Source: a virus (Duplodnaviria > Caudoviricetes). From it: 64,000 nt of DNA. Of the stretch, positions 45,212 through 54,395 are shown in pieces. The translations under genes and the position numbers were made by a program. The notes below the pieces were generated by a model, which was not told the DNA's origin, did no database searches, and worked only from the letters and a program-made list of their open reading frames with translations. The first letter of the stretch is position 1; each line of letters opens with the position of its first letter. The stretch lies in IMG/VR virus record IMGVR_UViG_3300027819_000001, positions 1-64,000 of that record. One strand, 5' to 3'.

Positions 45212-47588
45212 TCGTAGTCGTAGTCGTCGTCAGTCGTTGTTGCGATTGGGCAATTAAAGCCACAAGTCGCTTTACCACTTGTTCCATAGGTACGACCCTC
45301 TGTGCAAGCTCTTTCACTGCACCTTCAACCTGGCCTTGGGCTTGTGCCGTCTTCTGAACGGTATCCACAACTGGCTTCATTTCCTCCGTCATCTTCTGTT
45401 GGAACTCTTGCACAGCTTGCATCAGTTGCTGGGCTTCTGCTGGGCTCAATTGGGTCTTGTTGGCTGATCTATCCTCCAGCTTGAAGTCCCTCGGAAAACC
45501 AGCCAGACGGAATATCTCGTTGAGCAATGGTATCACCTGTTCCGAAATTCTCTGCATCACGTCCGGGTTCTGCAACAAAGGCGCCAGTGCCTGCAACATC
45601 GATCCAGCCAGGGCCGTGTTGTTGGTACGATCGTCGGCATCGCGGGACGAAGTGAATCCCTCATACAATAGAGGGCGTAGCGATTCTTTGGACGCCTTTA
45701 CAACCGCCTTCTTATCCGCAATTCTCCTGGAGGGACGTTCCTCGTCATCATAGGTGAACCCGAGTTTTTCCAGGTCCTCTTTCCCGATGGTGTTTTCCAT
45801 CGGGATTTCGGCATAGAACTCCTCTTCGCCTTCGGACATCAAACCGTAGAAAATCTGTTTCTTCCAAGCTTCGGTCGCATTGGCCACTGGTATATCCGTG
45901 TACTTCAACCGAACGGATGTTGCCCTGGAGATATTCTGAACCTCCTCCGCTCTCAGTTCGTGGGACGCCGCCTGCCCGAGTTCCTGGGACGAGAACAGAA
46001 GAACGCGCTCAACCGTATCGAGGATGGTCTTCATGGCCAACAACAGTTGGTTGGTATCTGTTTTGGTGAAATCAACGTTGTAAAACACCTTATCGACCGC
46101 AGCTTCCCTCCTGAAATACTTCTTGGAGGAGAACGGCTCGAAGTTCAACGCGCACCAAAGCTTGTTGCCAAGATTCTTCAACCGATTGATCGCTCCGTCA
46201 TTGAGCGCGTCGGTATCGACGAAGGTGCAGTTGGTGAGGTTCTGCTTGGTCGTAAGAATGAACTGGGACATCAGATTGCTGAAATGATCTTGCCAGGGAA
46301 GGATCTGCAACGTGAGGGACGGATTCAAATCCCGGTTCTGATCGGTGTCCAAACCGTAGTAGACAACCGGGCAGTAAGGAAAAGGTTCAGCGTAGATGAT
46401 CGTGTCGTCACCGCCAGCCAGGAGGAACCGCATCCAGATCGGGTAATCGTAATCACCAAGCCCGCACTCTGAAGGGACCAGCTTCTCGTAGTATTCGGTA
46501 AATACCACTGGACATTCTTCTTGGTCACCGCCGTAACAGTACGTGGCAAAGTTCTCCTCTCGATCATGGAGGTTGCTTAACTTCCAATCGATAGGCGACT
46601 TGATCGTGCAGGACGAATAAACGGTGTTGAAGAAAGTGTTCGCGTTACTCCACCAGGCCGTGTCACCGATGGTCACTTTGTCCAGGTTCCAGTAATCCTC
46701 GTTGTTGGCAATGTCCTTCCAACGGAGTGCCCGCCAGTATCCGAAGAACTCACATCCAGTGTCAGTATTGAATGTGGTGACACGGTGGGCCTTGTCCCAG
46801 AACACTCTTGTTGGATGCGGGATTTCGTAGCGGATGCCTTCCTTGGTTATCCTGGTCTTGCGCTTCTTCTTCTCACCGCTGATACCTGCGCCATCTTTGG
46901 CATCTTCCTTCGCATCATCGTCTTCGGTCTCCTGCTCTTCCCGGTACCACGGTTCCTTCGGGACTTGGAAAGCGAACTGGTAGTGTAGCATCTGGCCAAC
47001 GCTTTGATCCTGGACCTCCCAATAACCGAACTGGCGGGACATTACCTCCGTCCGGCTGGTGAGGACTTCGGTCCGCATCCTGGACAGAGAGTTTGAAAAG
47101 GCTGGTTCGAACTTGAGGAACGGACTCAGATGCCGGTCGGTCATTATCTTCGCCTGCCTGATCTTGAGATAAGCCAGGCATAACGGAACGTGGACCTGGA
47201 AAAATGTCGGGATATCGAGCACCGTCTTCTCGATGTTTTTCCCTGTCTTCGGATCAGCAACGGTGATCGTATCGAAGACAGCCTCCGTGGCTATGTTCCA
47301 TTCGTTCCACGCTTCCATAACCTCACCAGAGGACGGGTCCTTGCTGGCGAGTGCCGTGATGAGGGTTTGATCTACTTGCCTGAACGGAACGTTGAGCGCG
47401 AGATCGAGAGCGTAGTAGAGCTTGTGGTCCCGGATGTTATCGTCGATTCCCCTCTCACGGCGGATGCGGATTCTCTCCCGCAATCGCTTGAGCTTCGGGT
47501 TCTTCTCATCGGCAGACTTTCCTTTGAGCTTCTCCTTCAGCTTCTCCGGGGTAATCCCACGGCGCTTGAGTAGATCGAGCGAGACCAT
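45141..47588 (-). CDS. Portal protein
   Basis: 815 aa, Gln-rich coiled C-terminus, first large gene of head module. Confidence 0.75.
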   Translation of the reverse strand: MVSLDLLKRRGITPEKLKEKLKGKSADEKNPKLKRLRERIRIRRERGIDDNIRDHKLYYALDLALNVPFRQVDQTLITALASKDPSSGEVMEAWNEWNIATEAVFDTITVADPKTGKNIEKTVLDIPTFFQVHVPLCLAYLKIRQAKIMTDRHLSPFLKFEPAFSNSLSRMRTEVLTSRTEVMSRQFGYWEVQDQSVGQMLHYQFAFQVPKEPWYREEQETEDDDAKEDAKDGAGISGEKKKRKTRITKEGIRYEIPHPTRVFWDKAHRVTTFNTDTGCEFFGYWRALRWKDIANNEDYWNLDKVTIGDTAWWSNANTFFNTVYSSCTIKSPIDWKLSNLHDREENFATYCYGGDQEECPVVFTEYYEKLVPSECGLGDYDYPIWMRFLLAGGDDTIIYAEPFPYCPVVYYGLDTDQNRDLNPSLTLQILPWQDHFSNLMSQFILTTKQNLTNCTFVDTDALNDGAINRLKNLGNKLWCALNFEPFSSKKYFRREAAVDKVFYNVDFTKTDTNQLLLAMKTILDTVERVLLFSSQELGQAASHELRAEEVQNISRATSVRLKYTDIPVANATEAWKKQIFYGLMSEGEEEFYAEIPMENTIGKEDLEKLGFTYDDEERPSRRIADKKAVVKASKESLRPLLYEGFTSSRDADDRTNNTALAGSMLQALAPLLQNPDVMQRISEQVIPLLNEIFRLAGFPRDFKLEDRSANKTQLSPAEAQQLMQAVQEFQQKMTEEMKPVVDTVQKTAQAQGQVEGAVKELAQRVVPMEQVVKRLVALIAQSQQRLTTTTTTNEDPGRIDPTTGQPINGAPQIMA

Positions 47589-47759
47589 TTACTTCTTGTA
47601 GCTGAGGACCGCCGAGACGCCAGGAGACTTGCCTTTCTTGGCTGGTTCTTCCTTTGGTTTCTCCTCCGTCTTGGCTTCCTTTTCGTCCTCGCAGGCTACC
47701 ATCTTCATGCGCCCGCCACAATGTGGGCATTCGGCTTCACTGGCATTTTGGCCTTTCAT
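47589..47759 (-). CDS. 56-aa protein with CPHC
   Basis: Read manually; abuts portal start. Confidence 0.55.
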   Translation of the reverse strand: MKGQNASEAECPHCGGRMKMVACEDEKEAKTEEKPKEEPAKKGKSPGVSAVLSYKK

Positions 47760-47814
47760 GGTTGGCACTATTAGTTTGTTTCAGTCAGAGAGGCAAGGTT
47801 AATATCCTCCGCTC

Positions 47815-49416
47815 ATGGCGAAGAAGAATACGGCTACGGTTACGAGAACTCCTGTTCCTTGGGATGTCCTATTCCCAAAACAGATGCAGGTTTTCAATTG
47901 CTTCAAACACATCCTTTTGATCAGCGGTTCAAGGTTGGGAGGCAAAACTCATAGCGCCATCTTTAAGGTGGTAAGGCATCTCTGGGAGACTCCAGGCGCC
48001 CGAGTTGGGGTGTTCGCAAAATCAAAGACTCTCGCCAAGGATGGTGGTTCATGGAACAAGCTGGTGAACGAAACAATACCGTTCTGGATTACGTGCGGAT
48101 TGACTGGCATGAGTCCGGAAGTGTCGATGCAGTACACGTCAGTGAATCGCCAAGGTCTTCCAGGCCAGATCCAGGATTCGGCAACAAGAACTTCCATTGC
48201 TACCATCCGCAATTACTGGGGAGGCGAATCATCGGCCATGCTCTTCTCCATCGAGCACGACCAGGAAATCTTCGACAAGGTGAAAAACAAGGAGTTCAGC
48301 ATGGTTTGGGTGATCGAGCTTTCCATGTTCAAGGATCCGAACATCCTGGCTGCTCTCCTCCTCACACTCCGCGTTGAACATCTCCGCCCGCAGAACGGTG
48401 AGCCTGATACCAAGCGCCAATTCATCGCCGATACCAATCCCGATGAAGAGCAGGGTGATGAGTCCTGGATCTACCAGACGTTCTACAAACTCCGGAATGA
48501 AAAACCTCAGGCTGGCAAGGAGTTGACGGAAGGAGAGAAGTTCGCTGAACGGTACCGGTCAATGATGGAGGTAATCGAGTTCTTTATCGAGGACAATCCC
48601 ACCGTGACCGAAGATCAAAAGGCCATTCTTTGGACACAATGCCAGAGCGACCCAATGCTGCACGACTCCTGGTTCTACGGCAAATGGGGAGCAGGTTGCC
48701 GTCAGAAGGACCGTCACTTCTCAGACATTTTCCAGAAAGAGATTCACGTCATCAAAGGGGAACTTGAAGACTACGACATCGAGATCAATCCCATGTCCAC
48801 CCGACTATACACTGGATGGGATATCGGACTTGCCCACCACGCCGCCGTCATCATCGACATCTGGTACCGAAAGGAGATCAGGAACGGCGAGGAGATCAAC
48901 GTGGCCTGCTTTTCTATCCTGGAGGAACATTGTGCTGACAAGGAGCAGATCACCCTTCACGAATACGCCACGGAGTTCATGAAGAAGCTTGAGAACATCG
49001 AGAAGGCACACGGTAAGACCTACTCCATCATTTCCTACGCAGACGACAGCGCAACGAACGTCCACCGTCCGACATCGGGCACGTTCGACAACGTTCACAT
49101 CTCCGTGGCCAGCAAAGGAAGAATTGAATTGATCGGGACTCCAAAGCCTGTTGGAAGTCAGGAGGTAAGGGTTGACCTTGTAAGGGTGCTCCTCAAGGAG
49201 CAGCGGATATTCATCGCTGCCAGGTGCGTTCGAATGATCGAGATGTTCATGAAACTACGCCGAAGCAAGAAGGAGTTCATCGTTTGGGGAGATTACAAGC
49301 ATATCTTTGATGCTCTTTCCTACGCCTTGTACGAGGAAATGCAACGAATCGAAATCTTCAAGGAACAGTATCCTGGGGCTTCAAGCGCCCCCACGTCTGG
49401 CGTTTCTATCCGCTGA
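47815..49416 (+). CDS. terL: Terminase large subunit
   Basis: PKQ, SGSRLGGKT, VWVIEL, ADTNP, GWDIG, YADDS, HIFDALSY. Confidence 0.85.
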   Translation: MAKKNTATVTRTPVPWDVLFPKQMQVFNCFKHILLISGSRLGGKTHSAIFKVVRHLWETPGARVGVFAKSKTLAKDGGSWNKLVNETIPFWITCGLTGMSPEVSMQYTSVNRQGLPGQIQDSATRTSIATIRNYWGGESSAMLFSIEHDQEIFDKVKNKEFSMVWVIELSMFKDPNILAALLLTLRVEHLRPQNGEPDTKRQFIADTNPDEEQGDESWIYQTFYKLRNEKPQAGKELTEGEKFAERYRSMMEVIEFFIEDNPTVTEDQKAILWTQCQSDPMLHDSWFYGKWGAGCRQKDRHFSDIFQKEIHVIKGELEDYDIEINPMSTRLYTGWDIGLAHHAAVIIDIWYRKEIRNGEEINVACFSILEEHCADKEQITLHEYATEFMKKLENIEKAHGKTYSIISYADDSATNVHRPTSGTFDNVHISVASKGRIELIGTPKPVGSQEVRVDLVRVLLKEQRIFIAARCVRMIEMFMKLRRSKKEFIVWGDYKHIFDALSYALYEEMQRIEIFKEQYPGASSAPTSGVSIR

Positions 49417-49746
49417 TGCTCGTTCGAAGATCTTCGAGTAAAGCTGCCGCTGATGTCCCTTTGAACCGTAGACATGGAGGAACTGTCCCCTCCGAAGGTA
49501 ATCCATCTGCCGCTTTGGTTTCAGCAGGTCAACACCACAAGCCTTTGAAAACCTCATTATCACGTCGATAGTGAACCCGGACCAGGATGTCCGGTTCGAT
49601 AGACGATGGACAGTGTTCTTGGAAATCGACGCTAAGACCGCTATTTGGGCATTGGAGAGGCTTTTACGACCCCGGCCTGTCCTGGCAAGGAGACGGCATA
49701 TGCAAGGTGGTACGCGGTCTAGGCACTCAAGGATCGATTGTGGCAT
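49381..49746 (-). CDS. XRE-type HTH protein
   Basis: LSNAQIAVLASISKNTVHRL...IMRFSKACGV. Confidence 0.7.
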   Translation of the reverse strand: MPQSILECLDRVPPCICRLLARTGRGRKSLSNAQIAVLASISKNTVHRLSNRTSWSGFTIDVIMRFSKACGVDLLKPKRQMDYLRRGQFLHVYGSKGHQRQLYSKIFERASADRNARRGGA

Positions 49747-49747
49747 G

Positions 49748-49870
49748 TCAACCGTGCTCAGAATACCCGACTGGCCCAGGTTGATTGATCGGTTCTCCAT
49801 TTGGTCCTGTCTTGGGAGCCGTTGAGCAACCAGCCAGGAGGAGCAGCAGGATGGCGAGTGTTGTCTTCAT
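49748..49870 (-). CDS. 40-aa lipoprotein (o-spanin-like)
   Basis: MKTTLAILLLLLAGC lipobox, Pro/Gly-rich mature part; ATGA-coupled; absent from ORF track. Confidence 0.65.
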   Translation of the reverse strand: MKTTLAILLLLLAGCSTAPKTGPNGEPINQPGPVGYSEHG

Positions 49871-50337
49871 AGGACGGTGAATGAAATTGAATCGACTTCG
49901 GTTTTGGAAAGGAACACTTGAGTTTTTGGCTGCGCGTCAAAATAGACGAATTCTCGGGTGTCCCAGTTGTCTCCATCCTGTACCAGCGCGAAGTTGATGG
50001 CGTGCTTTCGAGCCTCTGGATCCTCGTTTGTTGGATCGTTCGCGAGGTCACGCGTGTATCCCAGGACCCCAAATGCCAAGCCTTGATCGGGTCCTGGAGT
50101 TTTGATCTGGGCCTCGCTGGCGAACACCATTGCCCCAAAGCTGAATACCCCGCATGGGTTCTTGCCGAAGCTGTACAGGTTTGTGCCAGTGATGCGTTGC
50201 CGCTCAGCCAGTTCAGCAGGAAATTGCTCGAACAACCATTTCCTGGATGGCAGGGCATAGTCGTTGTGGATAAAGATGGAACGCGGACGGGCGATCCCGC
50301 GCTCATTCATGGTATTCCAGATTTGTTCCCAGATCAT
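49867..50337 (-). CDS. Papain/transglutaminase-like (agglutinin C-terminal-like) Cys-peptidase; candidate endolysin
   Basis: DYALPS..W, NPCGVF, GLAFG, HAINF, FDAQ. Confidence 0.5.
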   Translation of the reverse strand: MIWEQIWNTMNERGIARPRSIFIHNDYALPSRKWLFEQFPAELAERQRITGTNLYSFGKNPCGVFSFGAMVFASEAQIKTPGPDQGLAFGVLGYTRDLANDPTNEDPEARKHAINFALVQDGDNWDTREFVYFDAQPKTQVFLSKTEVDSISFTVL

Positions 50338-50726
50338 GGCTTTACCTCCGGGGGTGAGACCTGGCTGGTCACAACAGGCGCGGGTTGGGTTATCTGGGTG
50401 GTGATTCGAGTACCGGTACCGGTTCCTTCATCGGTCGCATCATCCGCCGCCTGTCGGTTCATGTGGGCCGCAAAGGAGGTGGATCGGAATGTCTTAAAGG
50501 CCAGGATGGATTGGCCCATCACGAAACTGAATACACGCAACCAAAATAGCAGGGCAGCCGAAATATACTTGGCAGCTTCATCGGTTCCGAGCGCAGCCGA
50601 TGTAGCGGTGAAAAATGCAATGGCGACGTACGTCCCGCCATCAATCCTCAGCGCCATGGCTTGGCGCTTGATTCTATCGCGGCGAAAAGCCGGATCGATT
50701 CGAGCGAAATGTTCCGTATCGGTCAC
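50334..50726 (-). CDS. Holin-like membrane protein
   Basis: Two hydrophobic segments, basic N-terminus. Confidence 0.5.
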   Translation of the reverse strand: MTDTEHFARIDPAFRRDRIKRQAMALRIDGGTYVAIAFFTATSAALGTDEAAKYISAALLFWLRVFSFVMGQSILAFKTFRSTSFAAHMNRQAADDATDEGTGTGTRITTQITQPAPVVTSQVSPPEVKP

Positions 50727-51028
50727 GGGATTGGTTTAGCGCCCTTGGCAGCGCCTTCAGCGGCCTTACCTACCACATCACTGAGACCATCCATGATGGC
50801 CTTGGCGAAGTCCGCATCAGGCGAGGTGTTTCCCTCTTTGATCTGGAGACCAGTCTCGGTCGTCTTGGTGACATGGCCAATCGAGAAACCCTTCACGGCA
50901 GAGGTCGAGAAGTAGGTTTTCATGGATCCTTTGGTGGTGAGGCCCGTCTTGGGATCGGTCTTCTCATACGTCACGGAGGCACAGCCAGAGCAGAGCAGCA
51001 GGAGAATTGGCGTGATCATGATCTTCAT
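50723..51028 (-). CDS. Lipoprotein
   Basis: MKIMITPILLLLCSGC lipobox. Confidence 0.7.
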   Translation of the reverse strand: MKIMITPILLLLCSGCASVTYEKTDPKTGLTTKGSMKTYFSTSAVKGFSIGHVTKTTETGLQIKEGNTSPDADFAKAIMDGLSDVVGKAAEGAAKGAKPIP

Positions 51029-51074
51029 GTCTTGATCGTGCCCCAACCACAGAACAACGTCCAGACAATTCAAA

Positions 51075-51404
51075 TCATGGTTTTTTCATGAGCACTTGGT
51101 ATATGCTCCACATTAAACCGGCCATCGTCACGATGGCGATCCAGGCCCCATGGATGCGGTACATCTGGCGTTGCATCTCGGCCAGCGTATTGGAGATGCT
51201 TTCCATGCTTTTCTCCATCCGTCCCATCGACTCCGCCTGGAGCCGGAAATCCGCGATCAAGCCTGGCTGACCTTCGCGGCCTCTCAGGATGTCGTCATGA
51301 ATCTCCAGGGCCTCGGCTTGGGCGTCAAGCCGCTGCTCCAGCGAACCCATCCGGACCGCCATGGTCTCGACCGAAGCTGTCAATTCGCTGATGTCTTTGA
51401 TCAT
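51075..51404 (-). CDS. Coiled-coil protein with C-terminal TM (holin/XhlA-like)
   Basis: Heptads then AWIAIVTMAGLMWSIY. Confidence 0.6.
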   Translation of the reverse strand: MIKDISELTASVETMAVRMGSLEQRLDAQAEALEIHDDILRGREGQPGLIADFRLQAESMGRMEKSMESISNTLAEMQRQMYRIHGAWIAIVTMAGLMWSIYQVLMKKP

Positions 51405-51744
51405 TTCGCCGCATTCTCAATCGTGAGCTTCTTGGCCTCACTGGCCGCCTGGAAATCGCTCAGGACTTTTGCGGCCCGGTCAGCATCAGCCTGGCCCGCG
51501 TAGCTGTTCAAGATGTCCTGCACGCGCAGCACCAGGTAGGCTGTTGGTGTGACGGCAACCCAATTCGTATTTGACGCAAGCTGAGCAGCATTGAATTTAG
51601 CCGTGATGGTGTCCAGGCCGTTGGCTTGGTCGTAAGGGTCAGCGTAAGCGTGAGATTGCCAGCGATGGTCTTGGCGCGAAGCTGGTCAACCAAGAAGGTC
51701 AGGCAGATGCACGCGATGACGAGAAGGAAGTGTTTTGTTTTCAT
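51401..51744 (-). pseudogene. Signal-peptide protein with a -1 frameshift near 51636
   Basis: MKTKHFLLV...LTLT in one frame; YDQANGLD...ENAAK* in the -1 frame, ending ATGA-coupled to 51404; 344 nt. Confidence 0.6.
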
Positions 51745-51746
51745 GG

Positions 51747-53450
51747 TTAGAATGGTTTTGCAATCCCGGTTATCGTTCCAGAAGTTACGACAATCTTGCC
51801 ACTAGCTTGCAGTGGGATATAGCGATCAAAGAATATCGAAACAGTGTCAAGATTTGTCCAGAATGCTCCGGCACTATCATGTAAAACATAGGTCACGTTT
51901 GTTCCACTGATCAGGGCGTAGGAATTGAAAGCTGAATTTGTAATCCCGGTTGCGGTGAGGGTCAAGGCGGTGACGTTGGAGGAGGAGATTCCAGGTGACG
52001 AAACCACTCCAGCAAATACAGCAGCCGTCAAATTAAGAGAAAGAGCGGTTGGCGTCCCTACGGTAAATCTATGTAGTGTTGATTCGGGTGTGTAATAATG
52101 GAAGTCTGTACCATCTTTGTATATACTATAAGAAGTCCCGCTTGAACCAGCGCCATGGAAGTTAATAGCCGATCCAGATTGTAAAATAATTTCGTTGTTT
52201 CCAAGCATTGAGAGATCACCGTTTGTCGCCCAGCGTGACATTACGGAACCTCCACCCCAGACGTTCACCGGCCCCCCCGTCCCAGTTCCCAGTGCCTCAT
52301 GGCCGATATGCAGGCCAGCGGAGTCTGCTGCGATGAAGCCGCGCTCGTAGTTGGAGGAGTCGGTAAATGTGCCATACACATATACAATATTTGTAGAGGT
52401 TGAATTGATGAATGAATTCACGCCACTAGCGCCAATCACGAAGCGTGCAAAGCCACTGCTGGATTGAAGCGTTAATCCGCCATCAAACGGCGCTAGCATT
52501 TGGCTTCGGCCTGTCCAGCCGTGGATACCCGTCGCACCAGCATTGATGTCTGACGAGCCCGTAATGGTTCCCGCCACGCCCAGCGTTCCCGCCACATCCA
52601 GCGTGTAGCCCGGCGCGTTCGTCATGATGCCGATCTTGCCCGTCGAGACCGTTGTGTTGGTTCCCTCCAAGCCAGTGCCGAAGATGGCGTTCGCGATGGC
52701 AAGCTGGTTGTCGTTGGTGGCGTTCGGGGCCACAATCCATTCTCCGATCAGGGTATTCCTGCTCCCAGTCGTGATTCCACCCGACGCGTACCCCAGGATG
52801 ATGTTTCCAACTCCGGTCGTGATGCCTGCCCCGGAGCCCGATATGGACCCGCTACTGGCCCCTGCGCCAATCGCCACGTTGTTTGAACTGGTCGTGCTGG
52901 CCGAAAGTGCTCTCTTGCCAAGAGCAGTATTGAGACGGCTTGAACCGCCCCCTCCTGCGCTGGTACCGATTATTGTGTTGTCGTATCCCGTATCCAGACC
53001 AGCCCCTGCGTTCTTGCCTATGCCGAGGTTGCTGTTCCCAGTCGTCAGACCACTCAAGGCCCCCGATCCAATCGCCACATTCCCGGTATTGGTCGCGCCA
53101 TTACCGGTTCCTGCCGTCCCGATTGCGATCGAGAGATCGTTCGTGTCGTTGCCACTGCCACGGATCAGCAGTCCATTGACGGAAAGCGTGCCCGGCACCG
53201 TGATGTTGGTCGTGCCCTGCTGGGTCGCGATGGAGTCCCGTAGGTTATTGGTTCCAGTAAAGATCGCAAGATGGTTGGCCGTCCCAACCGCATTCGTGCC
53301 AACAGTTCCGCTTCCAGAACCTGTTCCTGGCCGTATCACTTCCGCACCGAATGGGTCCCAGATGAAACAAAGAGCCAATAGCAGACATGAGATGACGATG
53401 ATGAGCGCAGAGCGTGCCCACCTTTGAGTGGAATTGTTTTGAGTGTTCAT
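51747..53450 (-). CDS. Fibre/adhesin-like protein with N-terminal TM/signal and YadA-head-like repeats
   Basis: ALIIVISCLLLALCFIW; N(V/T)AIG..AL repeats; KIGIMTNAP; VYGTFTDSSNYER. Confidence 0.75.
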   Translation of the reverse strand: MNTQNNSTQRWARSALIIVISCLLLALCFIWDPFGAEVIRPGTGSGSGTVGTNAVGTANHLAIFTGTNNLRDSIATQQGTTNITVPGTLSVNGLLIRGSGNDTNDLSIAIGTAGTGNGATNTGNVAIGSGALSGLTTGNSNLGIGKNAGAGLDTGYDNTIIGTSAGGGGSSRLNTALGKRALSASTTSSNNVAIGAGASSGSISGSGAGITTGVGNIILGYASGGITTGSRNTLIGEWIVAPNATNDNQLAIANAIFGTGLEGTNTTVSTGKIGIMTNAPGYTLDVAGTLGVAGTITGSSDINAGATGIHGWTGRSQMLAPFDGGLTLQSSSGFARFVIGASGVNSFINSTSTNIVYVYGTFTDSSNYERGFIAADSAGLHIGHEALGTGTGGPVNVWGGGSVMSRWATNGDLSMLGNNEIILQSGSAINFHGAGSSGTSYSIYKDGTDFHYYTPESTLHRFTVGTPTALSLNLTAAVFAGVVSSPGISSSNVTALTLTATGITNSAFNSYALISGTNVTYVLHDSAGAFWTNLDTVSIFFDRYIPLQASGKIVVTSGTITGIAKPF

Positions 53451-53806
53451 GCTATGAAGTTTTCGTCCCACACGAGGAGCACCCCATCACCAACGGCCCC
53501 ACGGACGTAGAGCGTTTTGAGATTCTTCTGCATTCCCGGATCCGCCCGATATGCAAGTGCTGCTCCGGACGCGAGTGTGTCTGGCTGAGAATCTGCAAAC
53601 CATCCGAGGTTAACGGTATCTGTGTTTGGGGTGTCGCCGCTGGCAGAAGTGGCCTTCACTCCGTAGACATTTACGAGTTTGACGTACTTGTCTTCGGTCG
53701 TGACAAGCTCAGGATCGGTTGAGGCCAAGACCTTCATGATCTTCGACGTTCCTCTGGCCGGGGGTCTTACCAGACTGCCGATAAATGGGTTGATGGCATC
53801 GCTCAT
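53447..53806 (-). CDS. Probable virion/decoration protein
   Basis: Beta-rich, LYVRGAVGDGV. Confidence 0.6.
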   Translation of the reverse strand: MSDAINPFIGSLVRPPARGTSKIMKVLASTDPELVTTEDKYVKLVNVYGVKATSASGDTPNTDTVNLGWFADSQPDTLASGAALAYRADPGMQKNLKTLYVRGAVGDGVLLVWDENFIA

Positions 53807-53817
53807 GGAGCGAACGA

Positions 53818-54357
53818 TTACTCTTTGGGCGGGCCATTTGCAACGCTAAAGTTGTTAACCTGGTTCTGCACTTGCTGGACGACAGCGCCAGGAATGAAGC
53901 TCGGATGCTTGGGTGTGTCCGGTTCTCTCATCTCAATTTGCCTGCCCTGAACATCCTTGGTGGCCTTCATTAGGCGCGCCACACTTCCGTTCAATGAAGC
54001 CATTGTTTTCGCCAGACTCGCTATCTCTTGCGGATCTGAATCAGGATTTTCAATGAGAGCTTGGAGACGGTTGTTCAGACCAACTGCCGCACCAACGCTG
54101 GCCTGAAGAGTGATTACGCCAGAGCCGGTGGTGAGCTTCACGATACCGGCCAAACCGGCCTCCCTTCCAACCGTCTTGAGCGCCCTTATTTGATCGGCCC
54201 CAACCCGCATCATCCCGATGTCCCGGAGAGCCTTTGCCATCTCCGTTTCGTTGCGTCGCTCCATCCGCTTTGTCGGCAGCGCAATCGGATGACCACTCAA
54301 CTGATGTTTGGTTTTTAGATCATCCGGGATGATCAGTTCTGTGTTTTCTTCGCTCAT
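53818..54357 (-). CDS. Hypothetical protein, possible terminase small subunit
   Basis: Helical with C-terminal VQQVQNQVNNF; weak. Confidence 0.35.
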   Translation of the reverse strand: MSEENTELIIPDDLKTKHQLSGHPIALPTKRMERRNETEMAKALRDIGMMRVGADQIRALKTVGREAGLAGIVKLTTGSGVITLQASVGAAVGLNNRLQALIENPDSDPQEIASLAKTMASLNGSVARLMKATKDVQGRQIEMREPDTPKHPSFIPGAVVQQVQNQVNNFSVANGPPKE

Positions 54358-54395
54358 AAATCACGCTCCCGTTCAGTTCTTCCTTCCAACCATAC

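Noticed and set aside
47760-49420. Invertible terminase cassette
   Set aside because: No inverted repeats found at the flanks by eye
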